From: Octopus sinensis
Lineage: Eukaryota
Assembly: GCF_006345805.1 (NCBI RefSeq)
Contig: NW_021836129.1
Span: forward strand, 124,001 to 188,000
DNA length: 64,000 nt
Direction of reading: 5' to 3'
Below are positions 38,819 through 52,833 of the stretch, one piece after another. Numbering within the stretch: position 1 is the stretch's first letter; each line of letters opens with the position of its first letter. The notes under the pieces were generated by a model. The model was not told the DNA's origin. It was given only the letters and a program-made list of their open reading frames with translations, and did no database searches. A program made the position numbers and the translations under genes.

Positions 38819-39019
38819 ATCCTCAATTGATAGTTTTAATAGAATAAGCAGGGGAATATACCCAGGAGGGACAACTTCTCGAGATTGGGGAGTCTTCGGA
38901 GGTGACGAATTTGAGTGAAATCAGATATTGAATTATTACAGAGGAATATTTTCCTGAGGTTGCGATATGTGGCCAACAGGGCTATACTGCTTATTCTATT
39001 AAAACTATCAATTGAGGAT
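38819..39019. repeat. Perfect 33-bp inverted repeat with 135-bp spacer
   Basis: ATCCTCAATTGATAGTTTTAATAGAATAAGCAG at 38819-38851 and its exact reverse complement at 38987-39019. Confidence 0.95.
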
Positions 39020-39416
39020 TATTAGGCGTGCCTGAGGGATATCACTCGTAAGTCAGGCCTGAGTTGTGTGGGCACTTGCTCGAGTCCTAATATCTTAAAA
39101 TGTATTCGAGATCCATTCTATTATATAATCTTAGAGTTCTATTTCATGAATTATGAGTTCTCAGGTAGAGAAATTGTACACTAAGACTAGCTTTACGGAC
39201 ATATTGTATACTTTTATCTTTAAAAAGTAGAGATTTGTTTACCTAAAAAGTGTTTTTTTTCTTAGTATGCCCTCTGTATTTCATAATAGAGTGCCAAGTT
39301 TCTTTGTATGCTTCCATTTTTCCTTGTGTTGTTTTTTGCATCGCCTACTATTTTATATTCTATTTTTAGCGTTAATTTTTAGAAATTTTTTTCCTATTGT
39401 GTTGGCCAATTTATCC

Positions 39417-39915
39417 TCAATACCTTCTAATTGGTGGTCTGTTGTCGTGATTTATTATTCGTGGCATCTCGTAGCGATTCCTCCAGATATGTGATGAACA
39501 AAACCGGGAATATGGCGTTTTCTTAGAGGGTGTCTTTGTTTGTTCCAAATACTCCGGATTTCTGTTTTCCCAGCTAAATAAATCTTTCTCGGGCAGTGGT
39601 GTTAATATTTGTATCATCTTGACCCAAAATTGCTTTACTAGATTCTATTAAGTCAATCCATGTTATCATCGCTACATCAATTTCATTAAATTTGAGTTTT
39701 GGAATTCTCGTTATGTTTAATTTTTTGATATCAGTCCTATTCAAAAGGTCCGATTTTGATTTAAGTTCGTTTATTGTTCTCGGAGAAATTTTCTTTTTTA
39801 ATCGTGAAGATAAAATCCTGGAAATTTGAGGTGCAGAAACAAATGGATTGTCAGAAATATAACGTAGTATAGAAATTTTTTCGTTGATAGAAAATCTAAA
39901 ACAACGACGCATCAT
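39417..39915 (-). mobile_element. pogo/CENP-B-like transposase N-terminal remnant
   Basis: RFSINEKISIL..(HTH)..PKLKFNEIDVAMITWI resembles the pogo/Tigger DNA-binding region. Confidence 0.6.
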
Positions 39916-40494
39916 AAAAATACAATTTAACGTGTAATGAAAATTTTAAAATGTTAATTTAAAAAATTATTTTTCATAATACTTGAGGAGCGGATTCGAG
40001 AATCATATTTCCACAGTCAATGACTCCGTGGTTTGGAGAGCCAGTCAAAGTCATTATTACCCACGAAAGCGGGAAATCCATTTTGTCGAAAAAACACAGC
40101 CAAACTCTCATTTCATTCTTTAAAGTCACTCTGAGTGTATATTTCCAGAATTCATGTGATGTTGCTCTTTGTCGGTTTGAGAATAAATTGACCAAAATCT
40201 TCTCTGACAGGTCATTGTTGCGTTCTTTTTTTGACCAGTATGATTATTATTTCGAACTTATGGACCTACGAACGTGATTAATTGTGACGAAACGGGATCG
40301 TATTTCAAACTTCTTACATAAAAATTAATATTTAGCTTTAGTTATACATGTCGTTGGTTAAAGAAAGTAAAGGAAAAAATGACTGTTTTATTTTGTTGCA
40401 ATACCGTGAGTAAAAAAATGTTTCTTTTATTTGGGAAATATAAATCTCCGAAATGTCTGAAAAACTTTAATCCAGAAGTTAATGAAGTTATTTA

Positions 40495-41881
40495 TAGGGT
40501 TTTCGGATCAATATAATAATTTTTCGAATCAATATAATAATTTTTCGAATCAATATAATAATTTTTAAATTCAAAGAAATTCAAAGAAAAAAAGATCAAA
40601 AAGAGTAAATTATCGTTATTCTTGAATCACTTCAGAATTTGAGCATCTATTCAAATACGTTAACATCTTTCTGTAGAAGGATCCGCAATGTTCACTTGTT
40701 ATTTCTTTGAATTTAGATGTAATTAGGCATCTAAGATCTTTTTCATTCTTGGCATTACCACGGACTACTAAGTTTTTCCATACTGAAAAACATTTTCAAT
40801 AGGATTTAAAAATGGACAGTATGGTGGCAAAAATTTCCTGATTATAGTTGATACTTCAGTATCATTTTCCAGTCCACGGTAGTGATGAATCCTCGCATTA
40901 TCCATAATAAAAATAGGATTAGTAATATCTTTCGATAAACATAATGCTTTTATTTCTAGTAAAACGGTTTTGAAATCTTCTCCGTTAACTGCCTTATCAT
41001 GAATTTTATGGAATAACATCCCATATTTATTCATTGCAGCTACCACCGATATGTTTCGACTGCGGGATGCCGAAACTGATAAATATGCCGAATGTCCAGC
41101 TTTACTTCTTCCTCGAGAAGGTCTTGTAACGACCTTAAAGCCAACTTCATCCAAAAATATTAAAGCTTTATCATTATGCAAAGCTTCCAGATTTCTAAAA
41201 TCTGTTGCATATTGTCTTCTGCTTTCTATAGTTGAAACTGAGTTTCTTCTTTCTGGTATTAATGTAATTCTTTTAAGAGTATAATGAAAAGAATTTAAAG
41301 CCTTGGCCACGGTGCTCAGTGATAATTTTAAATTAAATTTGAAAAATATCCATTCGCTCAAATCCTTCAAAGATTTGGTGCAATCTTCATCAACATATTC
41401 AACTAATTCTTGTTTCATTTCGTCTGTTAGCTTAGATCTTCTATCTCCACCACGTTTAGATGGAATAACTTCCCCCGTTTTAAAGAACTTTTTCAAAATA
41501 CTGTTAACGGTTTGGTATTTCTTGTTGAACAGTTGAGCAATATCTTTGGTTGAATATTCATCCAAAGATTTGTTTATTATACTTTCTCTCACATCATTAG
41601 ATACTATTTGTCGGCGAACCATCACTGGTTCGATTGAATATTCAGAAGCATTTTGATTATGTGAATCCATTACAGTAAATTCAGGTCAATAAAATTTAAA
41701 TTTTAAAAAATTATTATATTGATTCGAAAAATTATTATATTGATTCGAAAAATTATTATATTGATTCGAAAAATTATTATATTGATTCGAAAAATTATTA
41801 TATTGGTTCGAAAAATTATTATATGATTCGAAAAGTTATTATATTGGTTCGAAAAATTATTATATTGATCCGAAAACCCTA
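40495..41881 (-). mobile_element. IS630/Tc1-superfamily DD34E transposon nested in a pogo remnant
   Basis: TA TSD; TIR TAGGGTTTTCGGATCAATATAATAATTTTTCGAA; ORF 40768-41670 with FLDEVGF, IMDNARIHH, LPPYCPFLNPIE; C-terminal frameshift. Confidence 0.94.
41705..41871. repeat. 21-bp subterminal tandem array (about 8 copies) of the DD34E element
   Basis: Unit GAAAAATTATTATATTGATTC; about 3 inverted copies at 40505-40566. Confidence 0.92.
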
Positions 41882-43337
41882 TAAAAATCTTTAGGAAATT
41901 CATGGATAATGTCAGTATATTTAAATAATGGTTGCACAAAATTAATCAAAGATTAATTAATAAAAAGAAAAAAATCATTTAAATAACGCCAGTTATCACA
42001 AATGTTGTGAATATTCAAATATAATTGTGTATAATCTATAATCAATCCATTTATTGTTAATATAGCCGAGAAGCATATCTTGCAAAAAAAATTAATTTTT
42101 AAAAATGACGAAATATATGAATTCGGACTTGAAAATTATGAAATCTCCAATTTTTGGAAAATACATATATAGGAAAATTTCCAATTCTTTAGAATGAGAT
42201 AACCTCGATGTTATAATGTTTTCCACCTTATTTAGTCGAGAAAGGATTTAGCCAATTAAAACATATTCGAACTATGGAGAGAAACACAAAATTATTTGAA
42301 TCTTTTGAATTTGAGAATAAAAAACAATTTTACCTGAAAAATGGATTCAGGCTGAGATTTTTTATTTCTGATCAGGCAAAATTAAAAATTTTAATAATTA
42401 AGGTAACTGGTGTTCCTGATCAAAAAGTAGGCTGAACACAATTATGGCCATTTTTGAAGATACTGATTACACAGTCTTCTAAAGAAAGAAATGTACAACC
42501 TAACGAGAAAAGAAATTCAAGACTTTATAAAGAAATATGTTTTTTTTTGTCAAGTCAAATTATGTATGGCTACTAAACCTCCAACAAAATTAGCGATTGT
42601 TTTTTGCTTCGTCATGACCCAGATCAAACGTGCAAAATAGAAAATGCACTTTATATAAGCAATTGAATGTAAATAAGTACTTTGTTATTTATGGACTGAC
42701 AAGAATTTCATAATACACGGAGAATGTCGCAATATAGAAAATTTGCATTTCTCATGATTAAAAAACTAAAATCTTGATTTTAAAAAATTTTCTTAAAATT
42801 TATAAAAGGTAACAACTTGATTAAAAAAATAAGTTTAGGGTTAGGGTAGGTGCCAGTTTACGGGTTATGTTTATTTTGATCAATGGAAGTATACTTGAAA
42901 CAATCGCATTGTGGACATAAAATCATGAGAACATGTGGCTGAAAGATACTTTACTGTTAAACAACGAATAAAATATTCATTTGAAATTTGAGATAAGGTA
43001 AACTCAAATGATTCTAAATTGTAGGATTCAAAAAGGCTATGTTACCAATACTTGACTTGCACTCAAGAAATTAGAAAGACAATACTGACAAGTTTGTACA
43101 ATAACTGAAATTCTCTTGTATCATAGGGTAAAAGTTCGAATGAACGATGATACCACCAAGAAAATACTTATGAAAAGAATTAAAAAAATAAATAACATAA
43201 ATTGTCTTGATTGCTTGCTAATAAAAAATTCGAATAAACAGAGAAGAATTTATAAATCACGATACCATGATTATTTGATGTTTAAAACAATAATTGTGTA
43301 GCTAAACTTAAATTTCCTTCCAAAATATACGATAGAA

Positions 43338-44560
43338 TAGTGGTTCCCAACCTTAAGGTGCTCGCGGAACCCTTTTGAGCTAAGTTATTTTTTGCGGAAC
43401 CCCTTCAATTCAATTATTATAATTTAACTTAAAACATAATAGTAATAACCAAAAACAATTTTAATGTGAACATTGAGGTAATTTTTTATCATAGCATAGT
43501 TGTGTATCGTCCAAAATCATCAAATGATCTTTGATGTCCTGAAGAACTGTATTGTCCAATGATGATTTTGATTCTTCGAGATACTCTTGTAAAACGGCAA
43601 AGCATGCAATATTATTATCTACAGATGATCGCCAAAATTCGAGTTTCCGTTTTAAGGCCATTACTTTTTCATTCAAAATAAAAACTGTCTGATATTTTCC
43701 TTGTAGTGATAATGTAAATTTATTCAGTTTTTAATAAATTGAAACCAAATATGCAAGTCTCTGTAACGAAATATTGTTTTCCAAATTTTTGTAAATTGAA
43801 AAATTTCGTTTCTTGAGAAACACAATAAGCTCGTTTCGTAAATCAAACAAACGTTGCAGTACCCTTCCACGTGACAACCATCTTACTTCTGTATGGAAAA
43901 GTAATGATGTATGATTGGATCCCATTTCATCACACAATATTTTAAATAAACAAGATTGGAGAGGTCTTTTTTTAACATAATTAATAATTTGGATAGCATC
44001 TTCCAAAACTTCACTCAATGAAAAGGAAATATTCTTCGACACCAGAGCATAAATTCATAACAAAAAATTATGTAACGTGTTCGGAAAATTTCGATTTTCA
44101 TAAATATTATGATTATCAAGTCATATTAAAGTATAAAAAGGCAAATATTAAAAAATTTTAATAGAAATTGACTTGAAAGGAATAAATCGAAATAAAATAT
44201 AAAAATGATGAAATTTAAAACTGTATAATGACAAAATTAAAGTTCATGCGAATTATTCCTTCATAATCAAATTGAAATAAACCAATATAGAAAAACATAA
44301 AAACGACAACAAACTAAATCAACTACGTGTATCAGCGTGCTCTAAATTATAAGGCTTGCTATTAAAAATATTTTAATTAAACAATTTTTAATAAATATAA
44401 ATTTTATTTATATTAATAAGACATCCCATGATGAACTATACACCGACAAATTAGAGTTGCGAATGAGGTTTCGTTTTAGCGTAGCAACGGCTCGGCGTTT
44501 ACGGCGAAATCGATATAAAAAATTCCACGGAACCCCCGGACCCCAGGTTGGGAACCACTG
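43338..44560 (-). mobile_element. hAT (Buster/Charlie-type) element, internally deleted
   Basis: TSD CGATAGAA; TIRs (T/C)AGTGGTTCCCAACCT; LLFHTEVRWLSRGRVLQRLFDLR; empty site near 12325. Confidence 0.95.
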
Positions 44561-46007
44561 CGATAGAACATTCAAAAAGACAGAATTTGCAAATAAAATA
44601 CATTTCTGCTATAAAATAAATGTCTGTTTTAAGTAAATTTCTGCGTCTTGATTTGTGAAGCATTTTGATTTTTTCTTATTTGTAAAAAATATCAATTAAA
44701 ATCTTAAAATATTTTTTTATTAAGAAATTTTTTAAAGAACATAATACTTTCAAACCATTATATAGGCGAGAATTTTTAATATTGAGAAGATAGATTATAT
44801 GTTAGGTTGTTAAAGAATGCAATATCTGAAAATTCTCAATATGATAATTCAACAAAGATAAATTCGAATTCACCTTCCCAAAAGTTAACTTGGGTTCTCC
44901 GTAATATACAGAATGAACAGAACGTTAAGAGTGTATGTGTCAAAATATGAATTAAACATTGGAGCCATAGTATTTATTTTAAAATTACTTAAAAGGTTCG
45001 AATTCAAAAGGATTATGGAACGAATCCATTATTGAGATTAACCAGGTCCAAACATCCATTTGATTGGTCTACCAGTAGTCAATTTAATTAATCTTCAAAA
45101 AAACAAAAACCAAAAATATTATAAAAATAAACATTGATGGCAAGAATGATCGAATAAAAATTAAAAACAGAAATGCACCCATCCATGGGAGCTGCCCTTC
45201 AAAACAAGAGTCTAGTTCAAAAAATTGAATTATAGTTCATTTAATTTAAATTTTTGTTCATTTTGCGAACAAAGAACTCTTTCACATCTTCTAAAGTGTT
45301 TGTATGGCGATAATACAATAAGTTGTGCTTATTTGCTCTATAGTTTGATAGATTTCTATTCTTTTTTTCATCTGATTTTGATTAATTAGTAAATCATTCT
45401 TTTTAAAACATTTTTTGAAATAATCAGTCAATTTCAAATTTTTCTTATTCTTTAAATCTTTTCCAAGTTAAATCTAAACTCACAATATTTTTAAAGTGTC
45501 TCAAAAGGTGTATTTTTCGACACATTTTCCAACTTATCCATCATTTCATACGTTTCTAATATCGTTGTTTTGTCTTCGGTCCCAATTCCATTATAAAATT
45601 CGCGTCTTTTGACTAGATCTTCATTTTCTTCAGATATTACTTCAGTTATTATTTCTTCCAGGACTTCTTTCCCGGAATTTTTATCTTCAACTAATTCTTC
45701 TCTACTTTCCTCAATTTTTCTTCCAACAATTAATTATTGTTGTTTCTTTAAGTTCCATCCACCCTTTTCTGATAAGTACCATAATCTTTCGCTTATCTAT
45801 ATTTTTCAAAGATTTAGGATTAATTGTTGTATCTTCTTTCAAATTGAACATAAAATATATTAGGAAGTTTGTGTAATATACTTTAAAACATTTTATTATA
45901 CCCATGTCTAGAGGTTGAATCAAAGATGTTGTGTTTTCTGAAGAAATCGTCACAAAAAGCGAAGGTGCCCCAAGGCGGGGTTTTTGTTGGGGCGGGGTTC
46001 GACTTTA

Positions 46008-46190
46008 GTTAGTTATGTTACCCCGGCTTCACTAACACGTAGGAAGCCGGCTGCAATCAGGTAGCGAGACGCGAAGATCGGGCGCTCCCAGAGATCCCGA
46101 ATCCCAATAGGCGGAGACAAGTGAGGCAATCCAGGACAGGGGAGAAGGTCTTCGGGGGTGAAGGAACGGTATGTTTCGAAAAGGTCTTCA
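46008..46190 (-). mobile_element. 183-bp 3' end of a LINE
   Basis: 13-bp TSD GGGTTCGACTTTA; (TAAC)n-like tail; LLPCPG..IRDLWERP C-terminal motif; empty site near 13700. Confidence 0.8.
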
Positions 46191-46318
46191 GGGTTCGACT
46201 TTATAACGTTCTTAACACGTGAATAATTTATCATATTTAATTCAATAAATTAAAAATATTTAGAAAATAAAATAAATAACATTTAATATCGTCAGTCTGT
46301 TTAACTATCAAACAATGT

Positions 46319-46588
46319 CGAGAAAATTCAAGAAAAATCCATAAACCTACTGAAGGACCATACCGACAGGAAAATTGTCCATCGAACACTGGAGTCTCTT
46401 GTAGAGGCAAGTGGGAGGGATCGTGGAGATGGACCACAAGCATTTCACCGTACATACAGAAAGTGTGTGGGGTCACGGTCTGAACATCGTGAAAAGATGG
46501 CTCGACTGTTGAGAAGTGTCGGAATCACCTGAACACGTTAGTTAATGGTTAAGACGGTGATTCTGTTTTTGGCTTAAATAATAATAAT
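46319..46588 (+). mobile_element. Short 3' fragment of a LINE
   Basis: TSD AATGT; (TAA)n tail; empty site near 13822. Confidence 0.7.
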
Positions 46589-47916
46589 AATGTGAATTTA
46601 ACCGGTTAACATTAATGACGACTTCTGGTGTAACGACATACCAACTTTTTTTTTCGACGACGGGGACAATCGGTCTATTTTGCCTCAGTGCTTCATTGGC
46701 TGGGCGAAGAAAGTTTAAAAGGTGTGACGAGTAAAAAAAGTTATGTACCATTAGTCTAGATTAGCGTTACTTTTGCAATTGAAATCGCTTAGAATGTACC
46801 TATACAATATTTAAAATAAATATAAGGCTCGCTTTCTCATAGAAAAAAAACCGATCCTGCAGGATACAGTATCAATTAAAATTTTATCTTCTGAGTAACT
46901 AAACTGTTAAATTTGAATAAATTGGTGGATGTCTGTACAGATAGAGCTAAATATATGATCGGAAAATTTCTGTATAATATTCAGAAATAGTCAAAGATGT
47001 CACATTTGATACCATCCATGCCACTGGGAAGCAAATTCCGTTTTAAGTTTTTATGTGGTATCAATATCCGAATCCTATAACAGATATGGATCTTGAACAA
47101 ATGATGTCTTATTAAACAGAGTTAGCAATATTCGATCCATGTAAACTTTAATTCTCTAGATTACAAACATCCATATTTGATACAATAAACTACAACAGTG
47201 ATTCTTAACGGGAGCACAATGGTTGTGATTCTGAACAGATAATATGATTTTAAAGCCAAAGTCATTTTTAGCAAACATGGATATCAATAATTCTTGATTA
47301 CATGTAAATATATACCAAAGATTTAGTGGGGAAGATATAAGCTTGGTCACTTTAGGGATTCCAAGACAGAAAAGGAGTAGCCCAGAGGGTCTCCCTGTTG
47401 AACTCCTGAAGCAGACGGGATAATGTCGGAATCATAGATAAGGGAGGACGGTTGGCCGTATGATTAGGAAGTTAGCCCAAATAAAGAAGGACAACGAATT
47501 TGAAATTAATTATAAAAATTGTCTTATGATGAATCAAATATTCACAAAAAATTCGAAAATGCTTGAAAAAGGCCATCATACAAAATACCACAATTGATAG
47601 CAAAATCAGGAAAACTCCATACTATTCGAAAGTCTCTAATATTACCAGTCCTGAATTTAATGGTTGATTGTGATTCTCAACAGATAATATGATTTTGAAG
47701 CGAAAGTTATTTTTAACAAACATGGATATCACCATTCTGAATTACACATTGAAAAAAATATCCTCAATTGTGGAATGAAGATGAAACGCTTGTAATGGCA
47801 TTTTCTTGTAATGACGTTGTCATTAATGTTTTCAATGCGGAACCGGATGTCTTAAATATACTCTTTTTATAAAAATGACATAATTATAAAAGTCATTAGA
47901 AATTGTGACATATATA

Positions 47917-49377
47917 CACCCCTCGTCACCGAAAACCGGACAAGCCATTTTTTATGATTTTATTAATTAAATACGAAAAATCAAAAACTTAACCTTAATA
48001 TTTTTACTTAATAATAATAATTGTGTATTAATTATTAATTATGCTATTATAGAACTAATATTTAACGCAGAATTTTAATTTAGCTAAGACATGTAAAACC
48101 GGACAAAATTTTTATGGATCTAAAAGTCGTTGAAAAGAAGCTAAAAATGTATAGTCAAAGAAGAAGTCACCTTTCAGATTTCCTGAAAGGACAAATTATT
48201 GCATTTTATAATCATAATATGACTTATCGAATGATTTCTACAAGTATAGGAGTCCCAAAATCAACTGTATCAGATGTGATTCAGAAATTCAAAAAACTGG
48301 ATCAATTAGCAGACATCCGGGAACTGAAAGAAAGAAAATATTGAAAGAGGAAGAAATTTTGATTTTAGTAAAACTATCAAATAATACCTCTTATAAAAGT
48401 GCCAAACTCTTAGCATCGAAATTAAAACTATGTTCAAAAAAAATTTCAGCAAGAATAGTATCTCGAATTTTAAATAAGAAAGGATTATATGGCCGAGCTG
48501 CTAAAAGGAAACCTCTTTTATCCACAAAAAATATAATTTTAAGACGTGAAATTACGAAATCATTTTTAAGCATTTCCGACGAGACATGGAAGTCGGCAAT
48601 TTTTACCGATGAATGGTCTTTTGATATTTTTAATATCAATAAGCATCAAATAGTGTATAGAAAAAATGGTTCTGCGTACAAAAAATGCAATATTGTCCCA
48701 ACTGTAAAATTCGGTGGTGGAAAAGTAATGGTTTGGAGCAGTTTCCGTATAATCGAGTCGGTAATCTTGTTTTTATTGATGGAATCTTAAATAGCGCAAA
48801 ATATATTAATATTTTATTCAATAATATATTCGAATGTATCAAAAAATTCAGAATAGACTCATTAATCTTACAACCAGATAATGCACCTTGCCATAAATCT
48901 AAAATAATACAAGATTATATTAAAGAAAAAAACATTATTTTACTTCAATGGTCGGCTCAATCACCGGATCTAAACCCGATAGAACATCTATGGGCAGAAA
49001 TGAAGAGAGAATCATCAAAAAATGTAGTCAAAAACAAAAATGAACTAAAGGACAAATTAACAGAAATATGGAATAATATATCACCAGAATTATTGAAAAA
49101 ACTAGTAATGTCTATGAAAAATAGATGTTATAAAATTTTCAGTGCAAATGGTGGACATATTAACTACTAAATGACTTGTTTTTATTTTTATCCGGTTTTA
49201 CATGTCTTAAGTAAATTGAAATTCTGCTTTAAATATTAGTTCTATAATAGCATAATTAATAATTATTATACAATTATTATTATTAAGTAAAAATATTAAG
49301 CTTAAGTTTTTGATTTTTCATATTTAATTAATAAAATCATCAAAAATAGCCTGTCCGGTTTTCAGTGACGAGGGGTG
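47917..49377 (+). mobile_element. Tc1 DD34E element with long (~190 bp) IR/DR-type TIRs
   Basis: TA TSD; TIRs begin CACCCCTCGTCAC(C/T)GAAAACCGGACA with inner AAAACCGGA repeat; frameshifted transposase (IFTDE, DNAPCH, QSPDLNPIEHLW, ANGGHINY). Confidence 0.95.
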
Positions 49378-50944
49378 TACCTGTTACAAATACCTAATTT
49401 TTTTTAATTTTTAATGTAAGTTGGTGATATGAAGCATCATATTTTTCCGTCTTCTCCAAATAAAAAGTGTCAACTAAATCTTGTAGATCTATAAAAGTTT
49501 ACATAAATAGATTTTAGCATTAATTAATGTTTATAGTAGATTTATAGGTTTTAAACAATTTATTCAGATTTGAATTTTTTAACTTTTTAACTTAAAATCA
49601 TTTTTCAAAAAAGTATGCAAAAACTTTATACCTATGCGGACCTGTCAAAATTTTTTCAATCGGATAATGGCTCAGAATTAACAAATGTGTCTCTAAGAAA
49701 TCTTTGTAAAGAGTTCAACGTAGTTCAGATACATGAAAGACTAAACAATCCGCGTACACAATGAATTGTAGAACCATCACAAGAAAACTCTTCAAAATGA
49801 TAGACACAAATAAAAAAGTCGCTGGAAATTTTGGAAATTAAACAATATTAAAACTTACTTTTCATACAAAAATCATCATATTAAATAAAAAAATTAATCG
49901 TTCAACAATTTTTCATAAAAATTAAACTCCATATTTTCTGATACTGTTCGTAAAACTTTCCAACACAAATCAGAATAATAAAATAAAACAATTCTTTGAG
50001 AATGTTGATTTTATGAAATATCTCATTCCATTATACCTAAAAAAAGATTTTTATATATGACGACTGTCAATGTAACTTATCTTTGTTATAATGCTAATTT
50101 ATTCAATCATTAGGTAATTAAACTATCAACAGTATTAAACTATCAAGAGTATGCGATTACAAATATAAATCAAATATCATGTTATTCGGATTTTCTATCA
50201 TAACTTAATTCGGAATATTAAAACTTGTTTATAAATTTGAGATCAATCAACAATGAAGTAATTATTAATTCGGGCTTGTTTTCATTTCAATTCGTTATCA
50301 GGAAATAAATTTTCTAAATATGTTTTCAAATTCTCTGTTGTCATTCTAAAATAATCAAATACAATGATTAAAGAATACTCTGCCATTTTGACTTGTTCTT
50401 GCTGGTGAAACCTTAAAAAGATGGAAAAAATTTATTACAGAAAAGGAGTTGCTACTTCAGTTTATGTCTGGCCGACTATTTAAATTGTTTACAAGTTATC
50501 CAGGTACTAAATATAAGAAATTTAACAATTAAAAACACGGATTTTTCACAGACTGGCAAATGACGACAAAATTGATTAAATCACCAACACTCTTAAAAAT
50601 AACTGATCTAAAAATTTTTTAGTTAATCTTTATTTGTTGATTTTTGTTTATAGACCAATATTTTAAGTATCCAAAACATATCACATATATTAAAAATATT
50701 TAATTTTAATTAAGATAGTTTATGAAAAAAATATGTCATGGCACAAAATCTAAATTATCCTGGCTGCATGGATTGTAAATTGGGCGGTTCTCTGTAAGCA
50801 AAAAATTACTGTTTTTTGAAATTTCCATTTTTTTAAAACGTCTTTAGATTTTTAAAAACTTTAATGAATTTCTAAAATGTGGGATTTAATTTTCAAATAT
50901 GTGGGATTTAAATGTTCTCAACGTTGATTATAAACAACATAAAT

Positions 50945-51055
50945 AGCCCCGAGTGGATGAGGATTTTTTCGTCGACCGCGAAACTCATTGAAAAGAAGAC
51001 AAATGACTTCCAAGAAACCAGCTGGCTGTACCAGAGGGTATCTTGCGCACACTGG
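50945..51055 (+). mobile_element. CRE-clade C-terminal fragment
   Basis: TAKLIEKKTNDFQETSWLYQRVS parallels IAKMTNDRRETSWLFQRIS of the 35635 element; absent near 19210 in unit 1. Confidence 0.65.
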
Positions 51056-51349
51056 TGAATCCTGATTTTCAAATTATCAGTTACGATAATTAATCATAAA
51101 TAGTCTATCGTCCTTGCAATAGTATAATCATATAAATAGGTAAATCTATCATTTATATTCCACTCATAAATCCAGAAATTATTAAAAATAAGAAAAATAT
51201 TCACAACCAAAAACGGCTAATTAATTAAAAACTGCCTGCACCACAACTCATGTTTTGGAATTAAAATAACAAGTCAAGACACACCCAGCCCTTATTATTA
51301 GTAAATAATAATCGAAATTATTTAAAAATATATTAAAAAACTGATTTAT

Positions 51350-52009
51350 TTAAATATCGACAATAAAAAATATGTCAGTACGATTACTAGTTGTAACAAT
51401 ATTCATACAATGATAAGTAACAGCCTTGATCTCCGTACCCTAAAATAAAGAATATTATTTAAAACTTGTTCATGTTTTTTCAAATCAAACTCCTCTCCTT
51501 TTCTATAAATGAATCAAAAAACCACAAATCTTACAATCTACATTCCAAAGACCATCCTCCATCACAATTTTGACCAAATTGAGTAATATTTATATCCTAA
51601 ATATTAAAAAAATAACCAAAAAATACATTTGCGACAAAATATTGACCACAAGAGAATATAAAAATTATTTCATCCAGGAAATTGTAAAGTAAAGAATATA
51701 AATCGTGTCCTACGTTAAAAATAATCACAAAAAACCTTCAACGGTAAAATCAAAATAATTTTTAAATTCAACTTTATTTATATTTGTCATATATCCGTAC
51801 ATTCCGAGGGCAGCCTAAGATTAAAAAAATAAAAATGCCAATTCAAAGGCTTCTTCGATATTTGGAGACCCTAAAAATTTCATGTTTAAATTATACAGGA
51901 ATGGATTCTAATTTATTAATTTAATATTTAATACTGAAATCAGCAGGATGGTCCAAATCTTAAAAAATTATTATTTAATTTACTAACATTCATATCCACA
52001 CTCCCCCAT
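51350..52009 (-). CDS. ZBTB8OS: Archease, copy 2 (apparent 1-nt deletion in exon 2)
   Basis: Collinear with 19393-20056; exon 2 reads GCT GAT TTC A|GT instead of GCT GAC ATT CA|GT, so it is either a pseudogene or a consensus error. Confidence 0.85.
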
Positions 52010-52088
52010 ATGACAATAAAATTAAATTTAAACAATTAAAATATTTTTTATAAATATTTTTTAAATTAAATTTTGTGAGTTAGTTATT

Positions 52089-52670
52089 GCGGCGTGTGGA
52101 CTGACGAGTTTGGATATCACTCCCTCTCCTGTCGAAACGGAATTGGACGTTCCTCACGGCATTCCGAACTGAACCAGATCATCTGTCGATCTCTTCGAAC
52201 TGCTGGATTCCACACACAATTGGAACCTGCAGGGATTTTCGTAGAGGACGGCAGAAGACCCGATGGGATGACCACATTTCCATTCCAGAGGGAAAGTGTC
52301 TGGTTTGGGACGTCACGTGTGTGAACTCCTTTTCCAATCAGAACATCAAATTATGCATCGAGAATCCTGGAGCCCCGTCTGAACGGGCAGAAAAGAGAAA
52401 AGCTGAGAAATACGCTGGAATTGGGAATGGGAGAGTGTTTGCCCTCTGGCTGTTGAGACGTCAGGAATACAGGGGCCTTCTATCGGACCCTACTCCAGCG
52501 CATTGCCTCATTAATCGGAAGGGTTACCGGCGACCGTGTGAGCACCGGTATTTAATCGAAAGAATATCTATAGCAATAGTCAGAGGCAATACTCTGGCTA
52601 TCTGCCAATGACTATTTCTCTTTTGGTTTACATAAATAAAATTTAAATAATTAAAAAAAAAAAAAAAAAA
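52089..52670 (+). mobile_element. 5'-truncated CRE-clade retrotransposon with poly(A) tail
   Basis: HSLSCRNGIGRSSRHSELN, DGRRPDG, AEKRKAEKY, ERISIAIVRGN; poly(A) at 52653-52670; TSD AGTTATT; empty site near 20130. Confidence 0.93.
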
Positions 52671-52833
52671 AGTTATTTATTCGCAATAATAAGATTTTTG
52701 TCTCTATTGGCTTAATTATAAAAATTATAATCGTTTTGAACTATAAACTTTCATGTAAAATTATTTTTCATAATAAAAAAATTTTAATTTCGTTATTTTA
52801 ATTAATAAATAATAAAATTTATAATAAATTATT

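Noticed and set aside
41703-41939. 21-bp repeat array and the IIIFRIN-repeat ORF as a CRISPR array or repeat protein
   Set aside because: There are no unique spacers; these are subterminal tandem repeats of the DD34E transposon, mirrored at its other end.
42834-42850. TTAGGG-like telomeric repeats (also near 11784)
   Set aside because: Only 2-3 imperfect units inside transposon-derived junk; not a telomere or interstitial array.
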